From the NCBI GenBank assembly GCA_021813655.1, contig JAKAJU010000172.1:1-63733 (forward strand): a stretch of 63,733 nucleotides of DNA. The letters run 5' to 3'. Origin of the DNA: Chloroflexota bacterium (GTDB taxonomy: Bacteria > Chloroflexota > Limnocylindria > Limnocylindrales > CSP1-4). Of this stretch, positions 57,065 through 63,733 are shown piece by piece. The first letter of the stretch is position 1. Every line of letters starts with the position of its first letter. The notes under the pieces are model-generated. The model was given only the letters and a program-made list of their open reading frames with translations, ran no database searches and had not been told where the DNA came from. The position numbers and the translations under genes were made by a program.

Positions 57065-58636
57065 GTGAACGAGACCCCTGACACCCCGCTGCCGCCGCGC
57101 TCGCCGCTGATCGCCGCGTTCCTCTCCGCGATCGTGCCCGGCGCCGGCCAGGCGTGGGAGCGGCGTTTCGGCGCCGCGGCGCTGTTCTTCCTCCCCGTCG
57201 CCGCGCTCGCCCTCGCCGCGGGAGTCGCCGCCGGCGCCTCGTCGCTCCCGGCGCTCGCCGGCTCGCTCCTCGCGCCAGGCGCCCTCACATCGATCCTCGT
57301 CCTCGACGTCGCGCTGCTCGCATGGCGGGTCCTCGCGGTCATCGACGCGTGGCGCGCCGCGCGGCAGGGCGCCACGGCCGGCCCGTCCGGTCCGCATCGC
57401 ACCCGGACCGCCTTCGGGGCCGTCGCGCTCGTCGCGATCCTCGTCTTCGTGTCCGCCCCGCACGCGCTCGCCGGCTGGTACGCGTCAGCCGCCGCGGGGG
57501 CGGTCGCCGAGATCTTCACCGCGCCCGACTCGGACCCGCTCGCCGGCATCGGCGGCGACATGGCGCCCGGTGCCACGCTCCCGGGAGACGCGAACGCGAT
57601 CGTCCTGGCGTCACCCTCGTCCGCCCCCGGCGACGCGGCCGGGGCTCCGACGGCCGTGCCGGGCTCGCCCACGCCCACGCCGGTCGGGTCGTACGGGCCG
57701 GCCGTCCCCACGCCGTCGCCCACGCCGACGCCGCTCATGAGCCGCGTCAACGTGCTGCTCGTCGGGATCGATTCGGGGCCCGGCCGGAACGAGGCGCTCA
57801 CTGACACGATGATCGTCGTCTCGCTCGACCCGGTCGGGAAGACCGTGAGCATGATGTCGATCCCGCGCGACACGGTGAACGTCCCGCTCGGGGACGGCGC
57901 CGTCTACCAGCCGAAGCTCAACTCCCTCCTGGGATTCGCCACGCGGAACCCGGGCGCGTTCCCCGGCCGGAAGCCGATCCGGGTCCTCAAGGATGCGATC
58001 GGCGGTCTCGTCGGGCTCCCGATCGCCTACTACGCCTCGGTCGACCTCCCGGGCTTCATCACGGTCATCGACGCGATCGGAGGGATCGGCGTCTACGTGA
58101 GGGAGCCGCTCGCCGACTACCGATACCGCGAGTTCGGGTACAACGGGTTCTTCATCGACGCGGGCTGCCACCACCTCGACGGGAAGGCCGCCCTTGCCTT
58201 CGCCCGGATCCGCTACTCGCTCGGCCAGAACGACTTCACGCGCGCGAGCCGCCAGCAGCAGGTCCTCGTCGCGGCCCGCGACCAGCTCGTGCGCAAGGGG
58301 CTGCTCCTCGACGTGCCTGCGCTCTTCGGTGCTCTCGGGAAGACGATCCGGACCGACCTGCCGCAGTCGCTCGCACCGACTCTCGCCGCCCTGGCCTCGG
58401 AGATCGACGCGCGCGACGTCACCCAGGCGGTCATGCAGCCGCCTCTCGTGGCCTACGGGCAGAACGGGTACGGCTCGGTCCTCTTCCCGGACCTCGCCGC
58501 GATCCGCAGCGTGGCCGACGGGCTCTTCAGCGCGACGGGGACGCCGCCGGTGGCCTGGCCACCCGCGAGCCCGACGCCCACCCCCGACCCGAACCGGGCG
58601 AAGGCGCCGCGTCCGACCCCACCGGTCTGCAGGTAG
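57065..58636 (+). CDS. LCP (LytR-CpsA-Psr) family cell-envelope protein
   Basis: N-terminal TM segments, then NVLLVGIDSG...ALTDTMIVVSLDP...SMMSIPRD and GFITVIDAIGGI. Confidence 0.85.
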   Translation: MNETPDTPLPPRSPLIAAFLSAIVPGAGQAWERRFGAAALFFLPVAALALAAGVAAGASSLPALAGSLLAPGALTSILVLDVALLAWRVLAVIDAWRAARQGATAGPSGPHRTRTAFGAVALVAILVFVSAPHALAGWYASAAAGAVAEIFTAPDSDPLAGIGGDMAPGATLPGDANAIVLASPSSAPGDAAGAPTAVPGSPTPTPVGSYGPAVPTPSPTPTPLMSRVNVLLVGIDSGPGRNEALTDTMIVVSLDPVGKTVSMMSIPRDTVNVPLGDGAVYQPKLNSLLGFATRNPGAFPGRKPIRVLKDAIGGLVGLPIAYYASVDLPGFITVIDAIGGIGVYVREPLADYRYREFGYNGFFIDAGCHHLDGKAALAFARIRYSLGQNDFTRASRQQQVLVAARDQLVRKGLLLDVPALFGALGKTIRTDLPQSLAPTLAALASEIDARDVTQAVMQPPLVAYGQNGYGSVLFPDLAAIRSVADGLFSATGTPPVAWPPASPTPTPDPNRAKAPRPTPPVCR

Positions 58637-58714
58637 GGCGCCCTCCGACCCGGTCGGGACCAACGAAGCTCCGCGCGGTGCTCCTCGTACGTCGCCTGCT
58701 CCTCGCGAAGCAGG

Positions 58715-59538
58715 TCAACCGCCATCCCCGTACTGCCCGGGCAGCTCCGCCGCGCGCGCGAACAGCTCCGCCTGGTCGACCTTCGGGACGACCTTCGCGG
58801 CCTTCTGGTACGGCGCCGCGACCAGGGGTGGAAGCTGCGCCCGCTTCCCGCGCTCGAGCAGATCCGCTGCCGAGAGGATCTGGATCCGCGGGTAGTCCTT
58901 CCCCGACACGTCGCTGTGGAACGTGCCGGCGATCGTCGCCTCGTGCTTCATGGGTCCGGTCGGCTCGTCGAGCGTCACGAGGATCCCGATCGCGGCGCCC
59001 TCGCGCTCCGCGACGGCCTTGAGGACCCGCACGTCGTCGGCCTTCGGCTTCCCGCTCTTCACGCTGACGATCCCCTGCAGGAGGCCGCCATCGGCTCCTG
59101 TGAAGGTGATCCGCCCGTCGATGCCGGTGTCCGGGCCCTTCTTCTTCTGGTCGCCCGACGACGGCGTGGCTCCGAGCTCGTCGAGCGCCCACCACTGGAA
59201 CTGGTAGCGGCCCTCGAGCCCCTCGCCGGCGAGCATGCGGGCGCCCTCGACCTCGGTCGGGCTCCCGATCACGGGCACGTTCTCCAGGCCGAAGGTAGAG
59301 CGACCCTGTCCGCTTGAGAACCCGGCGAAGCTCGACCAGCCGGACGCTCATCTCGACGAGGTAGGCGAGCATCGGCGTCTTGCCGATGCCGAACTCGAGG
59401 GCCGCCATCAGCTGCGACACGCCCACAGGCACCGCGCCCTGGTGCAGCGCGCTCTGCTTGAGGCACGCGAGATGGCCCTCCGCGGTCGGGCCCCAGTGCC
59501 AGCGGAGGCTGGGAGCGCCATCCTCCGCGCTCCGTCCG
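58715..59538 (-). pseudogene. decayed N4/N6 DNA methyltransferase fused to a restriction-endonuclease-like C-terminal domain
   Basis: One frame reads ...LRWHWG...MLAYLVEMSVRLVELRRVLKRTGSLYL. The reading then shifts frame to FGLENVPVIGSPTE...YQFQWWAL...KKKGPDTGIDGRITF...IVSVKSGK...AAIGILVTLDEPTGPM...YPRIQILSAADLL. The 5' end is cut off by the neighbouring gene, and no SAM-binding or catalytic motif is present in the remnant. Confidence 0.6.
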
Positions 59539-60849
59539 TCACGGGGCCACGCGCTGCCAGCGTGCCTGTTGGTCGAACGCGACGGAGATCGTCCGCGCGG
59601 GGCGCGTCCCGGAGAGATCGATGTCGATCACGCTCCTCTCTTCGGCCGCATACCCGAGGATCCGCGTGCCGTCGGGCGACCACGTGAGGGGTGCGCTCTG
59701 GACGTCGGGGTGCACCGGGGTGACCGCATCGGTCCCGTCGACCCGAACGACCACGACCTGGTACCCGACGATGTTCGTGCGCCGCCGCGTGAACGCCAGC
59801 CTGGTCCCGTCCGGGGACCAGGTCGGCCCGGCGTCGTTGGAGATGTTGCCGCCCACCTGGCGCGAGACGTCCCGTTCGCCCGTCCCGTCGGCGCGCACGA
59901 CGAACACGTGCATCGAGGTGCCGTCGGGATCGGCCTGGAACGCGATGAGCTCCCCGCCGGGCTGCCACTGCGGCTCGTGGAACGCCCAGAAGTCGGACGA
60001 CTTGAGTGCGTGGTCCACGTGGGCGATCCGCCGGACGCCGGTCCCGTCCGCGTCCATCACGTACAGGCCCGTGGCGTCCGGGGCCGCGCCCTTGTCGGCG
60101 AAGAAGTCGCCCATGCCCGCGAAGGCGATCCGCGAGCCATCGGGGGACCAGACAGGGTCGATGGCTGGGATCCGGGGATCGCCGATCGCGCGGAAGTCCG
60201 ATCCGTCGCTCGACATGGTGTGGATCCGGGGTAGCTCGTCGATGTACATCCAGAACGCGATGCGGCGCGAGTCGGGGGCCCAGGCGAGGGGGCCCGGGGC
60301 GCCGCCCGCGTACTCGGTCCCCGGGTACGGTGGCACCGGCGCGTGCGTGAGGACGGCGGACTTCACCGTGCCGTCGGGATCGGTCACGACGATCGAGAAG
60401 CGATCACCCGTTGCGCGCCAGAAGGCGAGCTTCGTGCCGTCGGGCGACCAGATCGGCAGGTGATCCCCACCGGCCGGGGGCGAGATCTCCCGGACGTCGG
60501 AACCGTCCGGTCCCATGAGCACGACGTGGCCGCCCTGGGTGTCGAATGCGATGAGGCCCGCGCCCACGATCCCGTCGGGTGCAGGGAGACGCCGGAAGGC
60601 GCCGAGGCTGAGGGTCGCGGCCAGGAGGGCGAGGAGAAGGGCGGCGAGGAGCACCAGCCATCCGACACGCCCGAGCGGAGCGAGGGCCGGCCACGCCGGC
60701 CAGGCGAGTCCGTCGCGTCGACGGCGCGGATGCGCCCGTGCGATCGATCGCGCGAGCGCGACCGCGTCGAGCGCCGGTGCGTCGTCGAGGTACCGCCGAT
60801 AGGCCGCCGTGAAACGGAGCTCGAACCCGGAGTCGTCACGCATCGCCAA
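59539..60849 (-). CDS. membrane-anchored PD40/TolB-like beta-propeller protein, putative anti-sigma partner
   Basis: Overlaps the sigma gene by 14 nt. One TM segment (VGWLVLLAALLLALLAATLSL). The repeats are WSPDGTKLAF, WAPDSRRIAF, WSPDGSRIAF, WSPDGTRLAF and WSPDGTRI. Confidence 0.8.
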   Translation of the reverse strand: MAMRDDSGFELRFTAAYRRYLDDAPALDAVALARSIARAHPRRRRDGLAWPAWPALAPLGRVGWLVLLAALLLALLAATLSLGAFRRLPAPDGIVGAGLIAFDTQGGHVVLMGPDGSDVREISPPAGGDHLPIWSPDGTKLAFWRATGDRFSIVVTDPDGTVKSAVLTHAPVPPYPGTEYAGGAPGPLAWAPDSRRIAFWMYIDELPRIHTMSSDGSDFRAIGDPRIPAIDPVWSPDGSRIAFAGMGDFFADKGAAPDATGLYVMDADGTGVRRIAHVDHALKSSDFWAFHEPQWQPGGELIAFQADPDGTSMHVFVVRADGTGERDVSRQVGGNISNDAGPTWSPDGTRLAFTRRRTNIVGYQVVVVRVDGTDAVTPVHPDVQSAPLTWSPDGTRILGYAAEERSVIDIDLSGTRPARTISVAFDQQARWQRVAP

Positions 60850-61366
60850 GGTCCTTGCGCAACCGATCCATCAGGCGCGCCAGCCGCGAGCGGACGCCGG
60901 ACGCGGACACCCCGAGGATCCGTCCGATCTCCTCGGAATCGAGCCCGATGCCGTAGCGGAGCGCGATCACCGTTCGCTCGTCCGCCGAGAGCCGCCGGAG
61001 CGCGTTCGCGAGGTCCACGCGGGAGATCGCCCCGGCCGGTTCGGCCCCGCCGTCCGCGGATGGCTCCACGGCCAGTTCGTCGAGCCGGAGTGGGCGACGC
61101 CCCCGGACGAGCTGGCGGGCCTCATTGGCGGCGACCGCGACGAGCCAGGAGCGCAGGTGTTCGGGCTCGCGGACCGTGGCGAGCTTGCGCCAGGCGACGA
61201 CGAGCGCGGACTGGACTGCGTCGCGGGCGAGGTCCGCCTCACCGCAGATGCCGAACGCGACCCGCAGCATGTCCTGCTGGTACGCGCCGACGATGGCGGC
61301 GAACGCTTCCTCGTCCCCGGCCGCCGCGCGCGACGATGGTGCCCAGGGTGCTGGTCCGATCCACAT
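60836..61366 (-). CDS. ECF (group IV) sigma-70 family sigma factor, paralogue of 51009..51551
   Basis: DAVQSALVVAWRKL...RSWLVAVAANEARQLV and VIALRYGIGLDSEEIGRILGVSASGVRSRLARL. Confidence 0.9.
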   Translation of the reverse strand: MWIGPAPWAPSSRAAAGDEEAFAAIVGAYQQDMLRVAFGICGEADLARDAVQSALVVAWRKLATVREPEHLRSWLVAVAANEARQLVRGRRPLRLDELAVEPSADGGAEPAGAISRVDLANALRRLSADERTVIALRYGIGLDSEEIGRILGVSASGVRSRLARLMDRLRKDLGDA

Positions 61367-61387
61367 CGAGCACCGTCATGCCAGAGA

Positions 61388-61414
61388 GATGCGTGCGGGG
61401 CGGCCGACTGTCCC
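61388..61414 (-). promoter_or_regulatory. ECF-type promoter-like motif GGGACA-N16-GCATC
   Basis: The minus strand reads tGGGACA gtcggccgccccgcac GCATC, ending 21 nt before ATG 61366. It shares architecture with 50974-51000. Confidence 0.4.
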
Positions 61415-61620
61415 ACGCTGCGGCCGAAGGTCCCGCGCCGCAAGGGCCATCACGCCCGGACGCGGTCGCCCGTCGCCCTTCTGCCGCGCCCCCCGCGATG
61501 GCGCGGGACGGAAGCCGGCCGCGGGTGCATCTCTCAGGTATGAGGGTCGATGGTGCGGACGCGCCGCGCCTGTCGGCGTGCAGCGACCCGCGGAAGCCTG
61601 CGTCCCGAGAGGAGCGGATC

Positions 61621-62988
61621 ATGACCGGATCGGGCTCTCGCCCCGGATCCCAGGACCCGGACGGCCGTCGGCGTCCGGGGCGGGAGCGCGCGGGCAGGCC
61701 GCTCCTCGCGGTCGTTGTCACGGCGATGGTGGCGCTCGCGGGCTGCTCGTCCGCGAGCCCGAGCCCGGGCAGTTCGAGCGAACCTCCTGGCGGTGCGGCC
61801 TCGCCGGGGGCGACCGTCGTGGCGCAGGGCGATGCGCCCGGCGCCGCGGCCTCGGCCCCGACCGTGCCTTCCGCCTCCGCGTCCGCTCCCGTCCCACCGG
61901 CACCCTCCACGCCGGAGGCCCCGGACGCGCGCTGGGCACCGCCGAGCGAGGCGGCCGTCCCAGTGGCGACCTCGGCGACGCTGCAGACGATGATCGACGG
62001 CTGGGTCGGGACGAGTGGCGTCCCGGGCATGGCCGCGGCGGTCGTCACGCCCGGGGGGTCGTGGGCCGGGGCCGCGGGCGTCGATGCCGCCGGCACGCCG
62101 ATCGTCGCGGACTCGGCGTTCTCGATCGCGAGCGTGACGAAGACCTTCGTCGCCGCCGAGGTCCTCCTGCTCGCCGCGCGGGGAGCGATCGATCTCGACG
62201 CGCCCGTGACGGACTACGTCGACCTCCCGTTCGACACGGGCGGTGCGACGGTGCACCAGCTGGCGACGATGCAGAGCGGCTTCCCCCTCTTCGTCCCGGA
62301 CGAGATCCTCCAGCCGCTCGTGGCGAAGGACCTCCAGCGGGTGATGACCGCGGCGGACATCGTCGAGCTCTCCAAGGACGAAGCCCGGATCGGCACGCTC
62401 GGCGGACCCGGGAGGTACAACGGGCTCAACTACGTCGTGCTCGGCCAGGTCATCGAGAAGGTGACCGGCGAGCCACTCGCGACCGTGCTGAGGCGCGACC
62501 TGCTCGCCCGGGCGGGCCTCGACCGGATCTGGACGCAGCCCGAGGAGGAGCCCGGGGCGCCACTGACCGTCGCCGTGGACGGGAACGCGACGCGCTTGGT
62601 CGATCCGGCGGGCGGCTACCTGCCGTCGCTCGCCGCCGCCTCCTCTGGCCGCGGCGGGGCCGGGATGGCCGCGGACGCACCGAGCCTCGCGCGGTGGGGC
62701 TACCTGCTCTACGGGGGTCGGGTCATCGATCCGAGCCTCGTCGGCATGATGACGGACGGCGACCCGGCTGCCGACCACGGCTACGGATTCGGCACGATGA
62801 CCGCGGAGATGGACGGGTCCACGGTCGTCGGCCACGTGGGCGACTACATGGGGTACTCGTCGATCCTCCTCGTCTGGCCGGAGACGAGGACGGCGGTGGC
62901 CGTGCTCGCACCGAGGCAGGGTGCCTCGCTGGACGGGACACTGCCCGGCTTGGCCATCGCCCTGTACCAGGCGTTCCAGGACGGCTGA
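61621..62988 (+). CDS. beta-lactamase-family serine hydrolase lipoprotein
   Basis: Lipobox LAGC, a PT/AS-rich linker and ASVTKTF (SxxK). GAGAGGAG lies upstream of ATG 61621. Confidence 0.85.
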   Translation: MTGSGSRPGSQDPDGRRRPGRERAGRPLLAVVVTAMVALAGCSSASPSPGSSSEPPGGAASPGATVVAQGDAPGAAASAPTVPSASASAPVPPAPSTPEAPDARWAPPSEAAVPVATSATLQTMIDGWVGTSGVPGMAAAVVTPGGSWAGAAGVDAAGTPIVADSAFSIASVTKTFVAAEVLLLAARGAIDLDAPVTDYVDLPFDTGGATVHQLATMQSGFPLFVPDEILQPLVAKDLQRVMTAADIVELSKDEARIGTLGGPGRYNGLNYVVLGQVIEKVTGEPLATVLRRDLLARAGLDRIWTQPEEEPGAPLTVAVDGNATRLVDPAGGYLPSLAAASSGRGGAGMAADAPSLARWGYLLYGGRVIDPSLVGMMTDGDPAADHGYGFGTMTAEMDGSTVVGHVGDYMGYSSILLVWPETRTAVAVLAPRQGASLDGTLPGLAIALYQAFQDG

Positions 62989-63026
62989 CGGGGGCCGGCG
63001 CCTCAGGTCGCGCGGCCCGCGGCCTC

Positions 63027-63733
63027 TCAGAACCCCTTCGCGGCCAGGAGCCGTGCCATCCGGCGTGCGGCGCGCGCGCGGTGCGAGACGGCGTTCTTCT
63101 CCGCGGCGGACCACTCGCCCAGGGTGCGGCCGCCGGGTGGCTCGGGCTGGGGCTCGAAGATGGGGTCGTATCCGAAGCCGCCTTCGCCCTTCGGCCCGGC
63201 GGCGATGCGGCCCTCGAGGGTGCCGCGCGTGCGGACGACCGGGATCCCGCCGCGCGGGCCGGCCTCGCGGGGATCCGCGAAGGCGAGCACGCAGCGGTAG
63301 CGAGCGCCGCGGTCGGCGGGCGGGAAGCCTCGCAGGGCGAAGAGGAGCTTGGCGTTGTTGTGTGCGTCGGTCGCGCCCTCGCCGGCGAAGCGGCGGGTCC
63401 GGACGCCGGGTCCCCCGCCCAGCGCGTCGACCTCGATCCCGGAGTCGTCGGCGAGCGTGGGCAGACCGGTGGCGCGGGCGTAGAAGCGGGCCTTGATCGC
63501 GGCGTTGGCCGCGAAGGTCGTGCCGTCCTCGACCGGCTCGCCGGCGGCTGCCGGCGGGACGTCGGCGAGGGAGACGACCCGGGCGTGTTCCAGGTGGAGG
63601 AGCTCGGTCAGCTCGCGGAGCTTGTGGGTCGAGCCCGTCGCGACGAGCAGGACGGGCCGGCTCTCGGAGGCGCGGTCGTTGCCGGCGGCCTGCCCGGACG
63701 GCGTCCGCCGGTCGCCCGGGTCCGCCGCGCCTG
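63027..63733 (-). CDS. rdgB: non-canonical purine NTP pyrophosphatase (RdgB/HAM1 family); frame open to the window edge
   Basis: Own translation upstream of the listed Met: LLVATGSTHKLRELTELL...EDGTTFAANAAIKARFYA...LADDSGIEVDALGGGPG.... The listed part reads FGYDPIF...EKNAVSHRARA. No start codon occurs in frame before nt 63733. Confidence 0.85.
   Translation of the reverse strand, partial: GAADPGDRRTPSGQAAGNDRASESRPVLLVATGSTHKLRELTELLHLEHARVVSLADVPPAAAGEPVEDGTTFAANAAIKARFYARATGLPTLADDSGIEVDALGGGPGVRTRRFAGEGATDAHNNAKLLFALRGFPPADRGARYRCVLAFADPREAGPRGGIPVVRTRGTLEGRIAAGPKGEGGFGYDPIFEPQPEPPGGRTLGEWSAAEKNAVSHRARAARRMARLLAAKGF

Noticed and set aside
63600-63733. rdgB frame with no start codon before the window edge, considered as a possible fusion with an upstream gene such as rph.
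   Set aside because: This cannot be evaluated without sequence beyond nt 63733. The open segment (GAADPGDRRTPSGQAAGNDRASESRP) is low-complexity and may simply precede a start outside the window.

Overview
High-GC bacterial chromosomal segment; phylum cannot be assigned from the sequence alone. Many long ORFs in the track are Arg/Pro/Gly-rich out-of-frame or antisense artefacts of GC-rich DNA. I called genes only where the translation looks like a real protein family and the frame and start are consistent.

Layout:
- (1) nt 1-8461: a mosaic integrated element abutting tRNA-Pro(CGG). It carries a tyrosine integrase and a large serine recombinase whose last codons are read from the tRNA complement. 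It also has a one-strand block of defence-like genes: a DUF2441-like protein, a PD-(D/E)xK HsdR_N-RAMA protein, a stand-alone SIR2-like protein with intact NADase motifs, a frameshifted mini-ORF coupled to SIR2, and a 57-aa YegP/DUF1508 gene absent from the ORF track.
- (2) 8.7-30.9 kb: housekeeping genes. These are glpD-glpK, a sugar ABC importer, DeoR-galT, an epimerase, an aminotransferase, AMMECR1, a cupredoxin, glnA, PucR, ResB, a Cys/Met PLP enzyme, Lrp, a GT4 and a cation/H+ antiporter.
- (3) 31-36 kb: a corrinoid methyl-transfer module (RACo-type activase, MTHFR-MTHFR_C fusion, pterin-binding methyltransferase, B12-binding protein) with no substrate-specific methyltransferase.
- (4) 36.1-40.6 kb: a MacAB-type efflux operon whose adaptor gene carries one in-frame TAG.
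- (5) 40.9-43.1 kb: arsR-DUF1638 divergent from a small Cys-Cys ORF plus arsM.
- (6) 43.2-63.7 kb: Kv-type K+ channel, S8 protease, LOG, tRNA-Pro(TGG), sdhACDB, two paralogous ECF sigma/beta-propeller modules sharing a promoter-like motif, a DUF4143 AAA ATPase preceded by three 23-bp-phased repeats, ornithine cyclodeaminase, an LCP protein, a decayed DNA methyltransferase-endonuclease relic, a beta-lactamase-family hydrolase and rdgB.

Best candidates for something undescribed: the SIR2 / nuclease-RAMA block in the integrated element, the orphan corrinoid module, and the ArsR-DUF1638/ArsM locus. All functional calls come from motif recognition by eye; no database search was possible.
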